Below, piece by piece: positions 1-10,971 of a stretch of DNA of 64,000 bases. A program made the position numbers and the translations under genes. The notes under the pieces were generated by a model. That model saw only the letters and a program-made list of their open reading frames with translations. It made no database searches and was not told the DNA's origin. The stretch is taken from NCBI RefSeq assembly GCF_000315625.1, contig NW_005434631.1, forward strand, positions 441,891-505,890. Direction: 5' to 3'. Numbering within the stretch: the first letter of the stretch is position 1; each line of letters begins with the position of its first letter. The stretch is from Guillardia theta CCMP2712. Lineage: Eukaryota; Protista; Cryptophyta.

Positions 1-574
1 TCAGCAGGAGCTGGACACAATCGGAAGCAACATCTATGGCTTTGTTCAGATGATCACGCGCCGCTTGATAGTTCTTTTGCTCCAACAGCGTCTTTGCTGC
101 ATCATACGCTTGTTCAGCGAGGTGAAGGTTGCTTAAGGTTTCCCTGAGGCTCGCCGAGTCCTTGCTCTTGAGAAGCGCTTGCACATCCTCGCGGGCCTCC
201 TGGAACCTTCCTTGAGAGGTATGGATCTTTGCTCGCTTGTCCAGAGCCTGGAAGTAATCTGGTTTAATCTCGAGAACCTTGGCAAGATCCCGCAGCGCAG
301 CCTCAAACTTCTTCTCGATGATATGCGCCGTCGCCCTCTTGTACCAGTTCATATGGTCCGTGGGGTTCATCTTCACGGCGCTGTCGAAATGCTTCAGGGC
401 CGCGGCTAGTTTCCCTTCCATCAATGCCTTGTCTCCCAGAGACCTCTCATGGGCAGCTGCCCCCGCAGAAAGCGAATCTGTCTTCTCAGATGACGCGTTC
501 GTGTTGATGATGCACAGGATGAGAGCAAACAATAAAGCTTGTGTGCGATGCTGATTGAGAGCACGTGGAAGCAT
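1..574 (-). CDS. DNAJC3: ER co-chaperone P58IPK/DNAJC3-like TPR protein, 5' part (runs off the window start)
   Basis: Manual minus-strand translation from ATG 574: MLPRALNQHRTQALLFALILCIINTNA (signal peptide), then TPRs (LGDKALMEGKLAAALKHFDSAVKMNPTDHMNWYKRATAHI...AALRDLAKVLEIKPDYFQALDKRAKI). The frame is open to position 1. The J domain would lie outside the window. Confidence 0.75.
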   Translation of the reverse strand, partial: MLPRALNQHRTQALLFALILCIINTNASSEKTDSLSAGAAAHERSLGDKALMEGKLAAALKHFDSAVKMNPTDHMNWYKRATAHIIEKKFEAALRDLAKVLEIKPDYFQALDKRAKIHTSQGRFQEAREDVQALLKSKDSASLRETLSNLHLAEQAYDAAKTLLEQKNYQAARDHLNKAIDVASDCVQLLL

Positions 575-1069
575 CGTGTGAGGCTGTTGGATAGATAGCT
601 ACAGTCACGGATGATACCTCTTGATGGTGCAGAATGCTTGACTGGCGGTCTTACAATTGAACAACCTGGCAACGATACAATCCAGAATCCCGTTTCACGC
701 ACCGAAAGCCATAGAAACGTCCACAATGTCACAGGGGAGGAGGAGGAGGAGGAGGAGGAGGGTCACTGTGACCCTGGCGGCGCTCAGGCTGCAGCAGGAG
801 CTTCCCGTGCGAGGGGTCGGCGAGCTGGGGAAGGGGGGCGACTGGGGGCGGAGAAGGCCCAAGGAAGGTGAAGGGATGAAGTACCGGTGGTCTGCAATGT
901 GTTAGAATGATGCAGGGTGGGGTCTGTGTCATAGGGCTGTTGTATAGGATATCTGCAGGTCCTAGGACCTACTATGGCCTCCCACGTCACGTAGCCGTTA
1001 TCCCCGTTATTACACCATGGAAGGACGGTTACAAGAAGCAGGCTGGCTTCGGCGCGGCGGTTAACTACA

Positions 1070-1330
1070 CCGTGACTCCGGCGGGCCGGCCCGACAACTG
1101 ATCGGATGGGCCAGTGCGCGGCCCGGCCGGGCCGCGCCGGCACTCCCGCCGCCCCGCCCCCCGCCACCGTCGGGTGCATCCGACGGTCCGCTCGGACGGT
1201 CCCGGCGATCCGACATGGCCGGGCACTGCACGGTGACCGCCGCGGCCTTGTCACTGATGACCGTGACTTCAATAACCGGGCCGGGGCGGCGGCCCGCCGC
1301 ATCGGATCATCTGAAACTTCGGAAGTCGGC
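1070..1330. repeat. GC-rich, CCGG/GGCC-dense intergenic tract
   Basis: Dense short palindromes (gccggc, ccggccgg). Composition resembles 8300-9055, 24840-25145 and 31885-31970. Confidence 0.5.
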
Positions 1331-1502
1331 CGTGGTTCGACTGAGAGGCCTCGGAGGATGGTGACGATCACAGTGGCAGCTGATCGGATTCACGGCGGGC
1401 CGCATCATCCGAGCCTGTTTCGTGATTGGCCTACACAAGTTTATTGACTCTGACATCGATGTCAAACGTTGAGATGTCAAACGTTCCGTTAGGTAGATGG
1501 AC

Positions 1503-1806
1503 TTAAGCTTGCCAGAGCATGACACGGTTGTGAATGGCATTGCCGGGCTGCGAGGAGGGTCAGCAGGGGCTGAGCTGGGAGAGCGAGGAGGCACCTGATC
1601 GAAGGTCTGCTGATGGGGGTCGTAGAGATCGCCAGTGACAGCTGACCCGTCCTGCCCCTCGTCACGCACGAAGAGTCTCCTCTCGCTCCTCCTCAAACCT
1701 GCCAGCTCTGCGGTGCCATGTTGTCGTAAGTCCCTGGTCCGGTGGCGCCAGGCTGAGTGTAGAAGTAGGCAGGAGGGAAGCTATCATCGGACGCCTGATT
1801 CAACAT
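1503..1806 (-). CDS. Small three-exon protein (at least 69 aa), unknown function
   Basis: Exons 1806-1699, 1651-1595 and 1547-1503 are joined by two 47-nt GT-AG phase-0 introns, giving MLNQASDDSFPPAYFYTQPGATGPGTYDNMAPQSWQ|DGSAVTGDLYDPHQQTFDQ|PGNAIHNRVMLWQA*. An AG just before the ATG suggests a further upstream exon. Confidence 0.65.
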
Positions 1807-2777
1807 CTACAGCAGGAGGTCAGAGACAGTCGAGGCCTGTAGGCTGAGCGGGAGGCTGAAGATATGTGAAGCCATCGGACACGGCAGGAGACTAAAACAT
1901 GAACAGAGGAGAGGTACATAATGTGAAGGCGAAGTTTGTTCTACACGAAAATAAGTTGGAGAATGTGCGAAGCTAGTGGTATATCAAATGAAGGCCCAAG
2001 ATCATGCTTTCCAGATCAAGTGAAAGTAGAACAGTCTCAGATAAACAAAGCAGTGGATTCAGAAACAAAAGAGGTTTACATGTATGATCATTTGTCTGTG
2101 CACTTGTACCTCTTTGAGTGTCGATGTGTTTGCATGCATTTGTTTGTTCGATTTATGTCTCATGCGCGAGTCAAGAGGTTCACGTACACACATCTGATAA
2201 AAGGAGGTCCATGTACACACATCTGATAAAAGAAGAATGCTTTCTGTCAAGAAACTATCCCACATGTACCTTTCGCGCCCCTCTACCTCGAGCTCGCACT
2301 AACTCTTTCTAAAATGTTTGTTTCGCATGCTTGTTTTATGTAGCATAGGAAGCACATGTCTTCATGCTCTACTCTTACATCACTTCAGACTCTCTCCCCT
2401 CATCTTCTCCCTTCATTTCGCATGCCTCCATCCTCGCGCGCACCTGGCCGGGCATGAAGCTCCACAAGCTCATGAATCGCGACATGGCGTGAGGATACGA
2501 GGGGACAGACCACCCCACTCTCTAAATGTAGGGAAAAGTACCCGTCCGAATTACAGCGGGAATAAGACCGGTGGCACGGAGAGTATGGGGGAGGACAGGG
2601 AGGGAAGGAGGGAAGGAGAGGAGAAAGGCGGAGGAGAAAGAGGATCAGCATAGAAGATCTCGATCACATCGCTCCAGATCTTCTTGCCTGCTGCTATCAC
2701 CTGCTCTTCACATACGGATAATCCCAAGTCGTCAGCAAGGAATTTCTTGCTTGACGTCTACTTACGGGAGCTCGAAC

Positions 2778-4272
2778 ATGATGGTGGGTCCCGCCATGTT
2801 CTTGTTTGCTCTGCTCGCCTGCCTGCCTGTATCGCTCGAGCACCATCTTGAATGGCCAGCAAGGGATCGCCAGGTGGTCTTGAACAGACTGCGAGGTGGA
2901 TCGACGACGGAGGGAAAGTTGTATGTGTTCGGAGGATTCTCCATGAAGAGCCTGTACACGGACACGGTTGAGAGCATCAATCTGAGCCAGAAAGATCGCT
3001 GGTACTGGAAGCGAAAGCCGTACATGAAAGTCGCCAAGGCATCTTTATGTGCAGTTGCGCTCAAGGGAAAGATCTACTTGGTGGGAGGACAGGACTCAAG
3101 ATACTTCGCAGTGCAACGGAGGTTGTCACAGATGACAGACAAGAACGAGACTGTCGGACCTCACGACGTGAATTGGCCGTGAGTGTCTCGGAGCCTGATG
3201 GAAAACCTCCCTTGAATTCCCCCCTCTTTCTCCCTTGCTCTCTTCCTGTCTCTCTGCTGTCTCCTCCCGGCTTCTCACGTCTCTCGTTTGCAGGACTCTC
3301 GATATCATGGAGGTCTTCGACCCAAAGCAGGACTCCAACTCCTGCTGGACCTTCGCCCCCCCCATGTTTGAGCGCAGAGTCTCCTTCTCAGCTGCCGCGT
3401 TGGCGGGCAGGTTGTGGGTGTGTGGGGGCTACAACGGCGAGCGGGTTGTGTCTTCCTTGGAGAGCTTCGATCCGCAGGACTCGCACTGGACGACAGAGGC
3501 TGATCTGCCGAGGCCCCGGTTTGGCATCGCACTGGCAGCCTCTACAGCAGAGGGACTAAGTCTGTACGCGATTGGTGGGTCAAACGGCGAATACGTCTCA
3601 AAGGCTGTGGATATCTTCGACGTGAAGACGAGGAAGTGGAGGATGGGGCCTGACATGCTCACTGCAAGGAGGTGAAGCTTCTTTCCTCTCGACATCTCTT
3701 GCTGCCCCTGCCCTCTCCCCTTCTCCTCCTGTTTTCATCCTCCTTCCCCTCCAACATCATCACTCCTATCACCACTACAGCATTCATTCTAGTCCTGCTC
3801 CCATGCGCTTGCGCTCTCGCTCCTGCTGATCCTGTGGGTTGACAATGACCGTGGGTGGAAGTTCATGTGCGGCAGTGGAGATCAAGGGCAAGATATACGT
3901 CATGGGAGGGCTGGGCGAGGAAGGTTGTCTCAACTCCATGGAGGTTCTTGACCTCAAGACTGAGAAGTGGGAGCGATGCCTCGGCGACGGCATGCAGTCG
4001 AAGCGATCAGCATTCGGAGCGGTAAATCCTCTGCCTCCTGTCCCTTCCTCCATCTGACGAGCGGCAAGGTTGCCTACGAGGGGAGGATCTTCGTGGTGGG
4101 CGGATGCGACGGGGAGAAGATGTTGGATACAGCGGAGGTTTACGACGATAAGGAAGGGTGAGGAGGGCCTTCCCGCGCGTGTCTCGTTGTATGTGACACA
4201 TTTACTTGCAGTTGGGCTGACATGCCGAAGCTCAAAGTGCCGAGAGGAGCCCTGGGCGTCGCCTTGCTGTAA
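2778..4272 (+). CDS. Kelch-repeat protein with N-terminal signal peptide (multi-exon)
   Basis: Kelch GG motifs KLYVFGG, KIYLVGG, RLWVCGGYNG, SLYAIGGSNG, KIYVMGG and RIFVVGG across spliced exons. Hydrophobic N-terminus MMVGPAMFLFALLACLPVS. Stop TAA at 4270-4272. Confidence 0.9.
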
Positions 4273-4331
4273 GACCTTAAAGAATGGACCTGGAAGACAT
4301 GAAGCACTACGGGAGCCTCGGACCCATCGAG

Positions 4332-5861
4332 CTATGACGGGCTCGTGGGAAGACAGACCCCTGCGTTGTCCTCCATCACTCGCGCGACCGTCTTGATGTC
4401 ATACTTGACGAGTGAGCGGGCGATATCTTCGACGAGCTTGCACCTGAAGTAGTCGAACTGAGCCGTCGGCACGAACACTCGACACTCCCACACAGACCCA
4501 CTTGACCGCAAGTCCTTCATGACAACCTGTGGGAGACTCACTTTCATGCCCAGCTTCGTTTTGCCCTCGTCATGCTCCTTGTTGGCCAGCGACAAGTAGT
4601 CTGTGAGCGATATCCTGCTTTCCTTGATGTTGTCAATCCGCTCGAGGATGGTTCGAGACGGCTTCAAGACCATGTTCGAGATCATGCTGCTGCTGTCGAA
4701 GGTCGTGATGAAGGATCGCTCTTGCCCTGCCTTGGTTGCATTCTGTGACACAGGAGCGATCTTGCCCAGCACCTGCTGCGGCACGATGGAGCCGTTGGAC
4801 ATCTTGTAAAGTCGCTTGTTGGTGAATTTCTTCTGGCTCTCTTGCTTGAGATAGTCGCGCGCTAGGTACTCGTAGTCGGCCACCACCTGCTCCAGGCACT
4901 TCCTCGCCTTGTCCACGTCGGCCGACGCTGCCGTCTGGATCTCAATCTCGATCCTGCGCATCTTGTTGCGGGAGGCGTTCTCGATCACCGCCCCGAAGAT
5001 CTCCGAGTTGGGGACGCTGATGCGAACGTTGCTGAAGGTATCGAGCCGCGTCTCGAAGAGAAGCGTCTTGGCTATGATTCCCGTCTTGCCCGCTACGATC
5101 ACGATGTCGCCGACCGAGTAGGGCCGGAAGATCATGAGCATGATGCCTGCTGCGAGATTGGAGAGAACCTTCTGAGAGGCGAAGCCGATGGCAACGCTGA
5201 AGCTGGTGAGAGCTGCAGTCAGACCGCTGATGTTAATCCCAAACGAGCCCAACAAACAGGAGACGGCGATAGCAAGTGAGAAGTACTTGACTGCTCGCTG
5301 CAGGAACAGAGCAACTGTGGTGTCAGAGCCGAGAGACATCATCTCATAGATGGTGTAGTCGGCGAGCCACACCGACAGCCTGTAACCAGTGAAGAACGTC
5401 AGGATTCCCACCACCAGCAGCTCCTCTCGTTGAGTGAGGAAGGGGATCAGAGATCCCTTGGAAACAATTCGAATCGCAACGAAGCAAGCGATGGTCGAGA
5501 CGAGCAGAAATCCCAAGGCCAGCGATGAAGGTTTGCTGGGCGAATCCGTCAAGTCGTCGTCTTGAGATTGGTTGGTTGCCGCAATGCTCGAGCTACTCCG
5601 TTCGTTTGAGAGGGCACGCACCACGTCAGAGTCATCGAAGCCTCCTCGAAGTGTCGTGAATTTCTGCACGGGCGGGCGATGTCCTGGTGTTAGCAACATA
5701 ACATGCAAGGACGAGGCGCCTCCTCGTCTGACCAGCAGCTTCCTGGGAGCCACGAGGGCCGAGCAGACTTGAAATCCGTGAGCGAGGAGAAACAACTCCA
5801 TGAGCATTTTAAACATCAAGACGCGATTGAGTGCGCGCGTGCTGGTTGCCCTGAGTTTCAT
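4332..5861 (-). CDS. MscS-family mechanosensitive ion channel with N-terminal targeting extension
   Basis: Intronless 509-aa ORF with the MscS core GINISGLTAALTSFSVAIGFASQKVLSNLAAGIMLMIFRPYSVGDIV...VPNSEI...RRIEI. Confidence 0.9.
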   Translation of the reverse strand: MKLRATSTRALNRVLMFKMLMELFLLAHGFQVCSALVAPRKLLVRRGGASSLHVMLLTPGHRPPVQKFTTLRGGFDDSDVVRALSNERSSSSIAATNQSQDDDLTDSPSKPSSLALGFLLVSTIACFVAIRIVSKGSLIPFLTQREELLVVGILTFFTGYRLSVWLADYTIYEMMSLGSDTTVALFLQRAVKYFSLAIAVSCLLGSFGINISGLTAALTSFSVAIGFASQKVLSNLAAGIMLMIFRPYSVGDIVIVAGKTGIIAKTLLFETRLDTFSNVRISVPNSEIFGAVIENASRNKMRRIEIEIQTAASADVDKARKCLEQVVADYEYLARDYLKQESQKKFTNKRLYKMSNGSIVPQQVLGKIAPVSQNATKAGQERSFITTFDSSSMISNMVLKPSRTILERIDNIKESRISLTDYLSLANKEHDEGKTKLGMKVSLPQVVMKDLRSSGSVWECRVFVPTAQFDYFRCKLVEDIARSLVKYDIKTVARVMEDNAGVCLPTSPS

Positions 5862-7347
5862 AGCGTGAACTCACAGATGGATGGTCGCTGACGCTCTACA
5901 GCTATTGAGCTACTGAAGGAATTCAGACCTGCAGCAAGGTAAGCCATAAGGAAACAAATTCTAGGAGTGTAGAAGCTCCATTCCAACACAAATGAAGTAA
6001 TTCGAAAGAAAGATACAGATAACATTAAGCGTCTGCACTCTCCGCACTTTCTATCACACATTAGTTTATCGCTACATCGATCATCTTGATGGCAAACACT
6101 AACATCGGTGAGTTTAGGCAGAACAGGAACGAGAGAACGAAAGGCGTGCAACCCCTGCCGAGGCCCTTGAGCTGGCTGACAAGAAGAGGAACAGGTCACA
6201 GATATAAGTCGGAAGGAGTAAGGAAATGGGTAATGTAGAGGCAGCGGAATATTAGGGAATTGAACGGAGATGGAACACACAGGAGATTAGTGGAAGCAAG
6301 TAGAAACAGGAGGGAAATGTAAACGAGAAACATGAGAGGGAGCAAGGGAGGAAGAGGGGCAGATCGAAAGAGGGAGGGTGTAGGGGCAGAGAGAGAAAGA
6401 AGGAGGGTGTAGGGGCAGAGAGATAGAGGGAGAGGGAAGAAGGAAGGGAGAGGAAGGGGGAGGGAGGAGGAGGGAGAGAGGGAGAGAGGACAGGGGAAGG
6501 GATGGAAGGACGGGGCAGGATGATAAAAGTGTTGCGGGGCGGAAGAGGTGAAGGCAGGGGGGAACTAGGTCGCAGGGTAAGGGGGTCATAAATCATTTCA
6601 GTGATGGGGGTGGGGTGGATTTGGGGTACGAACTGAAGACTGAGGTAGGGGTACATGAGGGGCAACGAAGGGGTAGTGAAAGCTGCGGGTACGAAAGGGG
6701 GTAGTATTCGAAGGGTGGGTGGTAGGGGTAAACGGTCAAATTTGACCAAATATTGAGTAAAGAAATGGAGGAATACGGGTCACTGACCGGGCCCGGCCGA
6801 ACTTGCCAGGGCCCGGTTAGTGACATCATGTAACGGCTATGAAACGGCGTGTTCAAATTTCGGTTGGCGGGAACCACCCACCCCACCCTTATCCATTCCC
6901 TGACCCATCCCCTGGGAGAAATTGCATCCGTTTGAAACCCTTCGGAGAAAGGGTCAGAGTTTGAAGATTTATTATATCTGTCAATAGTAAATAATGCTCA
7001 TCATCAGAGAGCTGCCTTGTTCGTACCACCCCTCTGTCCCTGGAGGTACCCCATCAGGTCACGTATACTATCAGGAGCCTTTCCCTTCCCTCGCGCTCCT
7101 CCCGCTCTGACGGAGCTTGGAATCTAGACTTCCTGCTCTTCGCTCCATCCACCGCCTGTGTTCCCTTCCTTCCTTCAATTTTCCCTCCTTCCATACCCTC
7201 ACTGCTTGTCTCTTACTTGATCCTAGTCCTTTTCCTTCGTCTCAACGTTTAAACCGATCTCAATCCATTGACCTTCATTTACAATGTAAGCAACATTGCT
7301 GTTTTTTTGCATTCAAGTCAAATACTTTTGATTGTTTGCTTCTGATC

Positions 7348-8088
7348 ATGCAATTCAGGCCGACTGTTGGAGAATTGAAGCAAGAAGCTCAGCTCGGAGC
7401 TCTTGAATCCGCCCTCCATGCTGCTGTGAGAGACTACAAAGCAGAACTCACTGCCGACGAGCAGAAGGCGAAAGCCAAAGAGAAGGCTTTCAACGAGCAA
7501 GAAGTTGATCTGCTTGATGACGATGACCTCGATAGTTTGCACATGCAACGCCTCCAAGAGCTAAAGCTGGAAGCTCAACGTCGCGATGAACAAAAACGCC
7601 TCGGGCACGGGCAATACCGTCTCGTTGCCGAACCTGAATTCCTCAAGGAAGTAACCGGCAGTGAGAACGTGGTTTGTCATTTCTTTTGTGATGACTTCAT
7701 TCGATGCAAGATTGTTGACAAGCACCTTGGTGCGATTGCGCGGAAATACGTTGAGGCAAAGTTCATCCGAGTCAGCGCTCCAGATGCTCCATTCTTTGTA
7801 CAGAAGCTCAAGATCAAAGTGCTGCCATGCATCGTCATGTTCAAGGGGGGCATCGCTATCGATCGAGTCGTTGGGTTTGAAGAGCTTGGGGGTGTGGATG
7901 ACTTTGAACAAATTAAGCTGGAAAAACGCCTTGCAAGCAAAGCAATGATTCAATACAAAAATGATGATAGCTCTGACGACGAAGAGGATGAAGTGAAACA
8001 AAAGTCCAAGATAAGAGGAGGAGCATTGTACAGTGGTTCTAAGTACTCCAAGAAGTATTCTGGAGATGATAGTGATGAGGAATGGTAG
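7348..8088 (+). CDS. TXNDC9: Phosducin-like protein 3 / thioredoxin-domain protein 9 (CCT cofactor)
   Basis: GHGQYRLV.E.EFLKEVTGSENVVCHFF..DFIRCKIVDKHL...APFFVQKLKIKVLPC...DRVVGFEELGG.DDF matches PhLP3. First plausible ATG is 7348. Intronless. Confidence 0.9.
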   Translation: MQFRPTVGELKQEAQLGALESALHAAVRDYKAELTADEQKAKAKEKAFNEQEVDLLDDDDLDSLHMQRLQELKLEAQRRDEQKRLGHGQYRLVAEPEFLKEVTGSENVVCHFFCDDFIRCKIVDKHLGAIARKYVEAKFIRVSAPDAPFFVQKLKIKVLPCIVMFKGGIAIDRVVGFEELGGVDDFEQIKLEKRLASKAMIQYKNDDSSDDEEDEVKQKSKIRGGALYSGSKYSKKYSGDDSDEEW

Positions 8089-8299
8089 TTCCAATATGCA
8101 AGGATTGTCATTCTGAGATTGACATAGCTTTACACCATAGCCGCAGCTTCAGCCAGTTTTGAACTGTGGCGGGTACTGACGTGTAATTGAGCGCTTCAAG
8201 GCTCCGATTGCGCGGTTGCTTGTTCTAGTCTTTTAATTGAATTGTTGCGAAAGCTGAGATCTCTAATGGGCTGCTTGTCTACGTGACGGTTACAGTAAC

Positions 8300-9055
8300 T
8301 GGGCGCCGGCGTGTACAGTCCGATCACGGTACTAGCATCACTGTCATGTGACCGTACTACAAGCCGGGGGCCGCCCGATTCGCCTGTGACAAGTCCGACG
8401 GTCTCGGTCCGCCGGTTGAATCGACCGTAAGGCCCCGTACCGCCGTACGGTCCGTGCCACTGTCAGTGCGGCCGTCACGTCTGAGCCTCGAGGCTTGCCA
8501 ACGGCCGTTGAACCGCCAGTACCGTACGGCGCCGGGTTCCGATGGCACGCCGCCGGCCGCGCCGGGCACCGGCCGGGTCACGCCTGCACTGCCGCACGGT
8601 GCGGCCGACTCGGAGTCGAGTCGGCTAACTCGGCCGCACCCGGGCCCCGGGGCGGTGCGGCCCGGCGTGCAGAGCCGACCGTCGGCCGCACGCCGGTCAC
8701 GGCGCGGCGGAGTCCGAGGCTCCGAGCCCGGCCTGCAGTGCCTGGCATCATGATTCAGTGAGGACCGTACTGACCGGCTTCCGGCAACGGATCACAGAGT
8801 CACGGCCGCCGCGCCTCAGCCTCGCCGGGCCCGGCGCTGCGCCTGGCCGGGCCGGGCGGACCGTCGCCGGCCGCGAGGGCCTCCAGGCCCCCTACCGCCG
8901 GGGGGCGGGGTGACTGGGGGTCCGAGTCCCAGTCCGTACCGTACCGTGCCGCATTGAAGTACCCTACCCCGCGACTCGGACCGGACAGGCCCGGCGCCGG
9001 GCAGGCGGCCGTGGAGTGTCGGCATCCGGGCGGCGCGGCCCATTGCGGCCGCATA
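8300..9055. repeat. GC-rich palindrome-dense tract (possibly a decayed LTR/TE)
   Basis: Very high GC with many CCGG/GTAC/GACTC motifs. Directly abuts the interspersed repeat at 9057. Confidence 0.5.
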
Positions 9056-9056
9056 G

Positions 9057-9260
9057 GTTAAGTTTGGGGGACAGCAGTCGGCAGGATTGGGTTTGGTTCT
9101 CGCTCTCTTTTCTCTTCTCGCCGTTTGGCCAGTGCGACAGTTGTCAGGGTCAAGCCTCCTCGACTCTCCTGCCATGATGATTGTCCTCGCACTGATTTTT
9201 AACTTAACTTTGAGTAAAGAAACGACGGGTAACCCGGCGGCCGACTTTTCCGTTTCCGAG
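9057..9260 (+). mobile_element. Interspersed repeat copy A (possible LTR end + PBS)
   Basis: GTTAAGTTTGGGGGACAGCAGTCGGCAGGATTGGGTTTGGTTCTCGCT is identical to the reverse complement of about 24780-24827. Gapped similarity continues for roughly 150 nt. Confidence 0.6.
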
Positions 9261-10971
9261 TACACTGATGAGTGAAAGGTCATGAGGGGACTCGTGGGGC
9301 AATCCACCCCTACCACCGTTTGAAGAGTTTTAAAAGAACCCCTTTAAGACCACATACCCACCCGTTGAATTCATGGTAATTGGACCCCTACCATTGCAGA
9401 AATCCTCGGAAAGACCTTCAACAATGTACGCTCATGCACGTGGGGAGAGCAAGGGGAAGGGTGGGGGTACATAGAATGGGTAGCATTTGACCGAGGATTT
9501 CAGCATTTTGAGTAGGTGGGGTAGTGGAATCTCTTTTTGTTTTGTCGTTGGGGGTGGTAGAAGGCAGGAGGGCGATGAGACACCTTCAGGATAGTTCAAA
9601 TGGTCTTATTGGTTGATTTCAATCGCTTCATCAATATTTGTTCTAATATTTCAAAATATGTGTTATATGTGAAATTAGTCTGTGGTATCTGAAATTCACT
9701 GCGACCCCCGGTTCCTGCTTGAAGACCTAATCAAACCCGTACCTCAAACTTCCCTACCCCACCAAGTGATGCCACCCCACCCCCAAAAATCTCCCCAATT
9801 GCAGAACACTTGACGCTGTGTTCCGTACCATTTCATCTATGACTGTCTATAATATTTTCAATTACATCCTTAGTAAAAAATGCACATCCTCACAGCTTTG
9901 GTACTTCCGGAGCCAGCCGTTCAACAAGCACCCCTATTTGTTTCGAGTACCCACCCCAAAGATCACCCAACAAAACAAATTTTGCTTCTATTTTAGTTCA
10001 ATTTTCCCACTCTCCTACTACCCCGATTGTATCCTACTACCCTACCCTTTTCCATCTTCATTGAAGTTACAACCCCTTGTTTCACCCTACCACCCTAGTT
10101 CATCATCGTTAACACCGGTGATAAATAGTCTAAGTACCCCTGCAAATACGCATTTGGTCAAGACAGTACCCCCCTTCCATTTCTCTACCCCTCCTCACTA
10201 ATTCATCACCCCTAGTCACAACCGGCTACCCACCCCCCAAGTAGCCTTTGGCCTCACACGCCTTTTTTCTCAAAAACAATTTTATTTATCCCCCGGGTCT
10301 ATCTATCCTATCCCCGACTGATTGTACCCCACCCCACTATTGACCTGACAATTATGAGGTAGTACCCGGTATGTAAAGGACCCTACCTACCAATAAGGGC
10401 CACACGTCCCTTTGCCGCCATGCTTCCCTTCCCCCGGACCCATTCGAGCGTCCCATGTCCTCTGCTGGAATGCTAGAGTCCTCGCCTCAATCTTCTTTTA
10501 CTTCCTTTGACCTGTAGATCCCGAACGTCTCTCTGCTCTTGTTTGCTCCTTTGCTCTCTGTGCTCTTGTCTACACGAAATGATCTCCTCCCCAAAACGAA
10601 GATAGGCAGTTTAGAAATGAAGAATCAACTCTGGTTTTATGCTTTATCGTCGTTTTTGACTTTCTTGGTCCTGTCGTGCTGATGGTTCGTTTTTCAGCTC
10701 GTTGTATTGCCTCCCTGGATCAAGTTTCATCAAGTTTCGTCACGATTTCTTCATCTTCATCTTCCACCTCCTCATCATCATCCAATCTTCACTTCGAACT
10801 ACCTCACCTTTTTAGCTTGCCAGTTGTAGACAGCTGTAGTGCGCACTCATCGCGTCAACTTTCTCGCCGTCGTTTTCTCCAAGGGTTGTCTCTGCCACCG
10901 CCAGCTGGCAAGAGATCATTAGCGGGAGGACAATCGTTTGTTGCTGATTGTCCTTCCTCCTCCTCCTCGGC

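Noticed and set aside
7117-7347. N-terminal extension of the PhLP3/TXNDC9 ORF
   Set aside because: It starts at a non-ATG codon in pyrimidine-rich UTR-like sequence. ATG 7348 gives a normal-sized protein.
8357-9054. Ala/Arg/Pro/Gly-rich ORFs in GC-rich tracts (also 784-1447)
   Set aside because: Stop codons are scarce at extreme GC content, and there is no domain or splice evidence.
9057-9090. tRNA gene
   Set aside because: Only about 15 nt resemble a tRNA 3' end and there is no cloverleaf.
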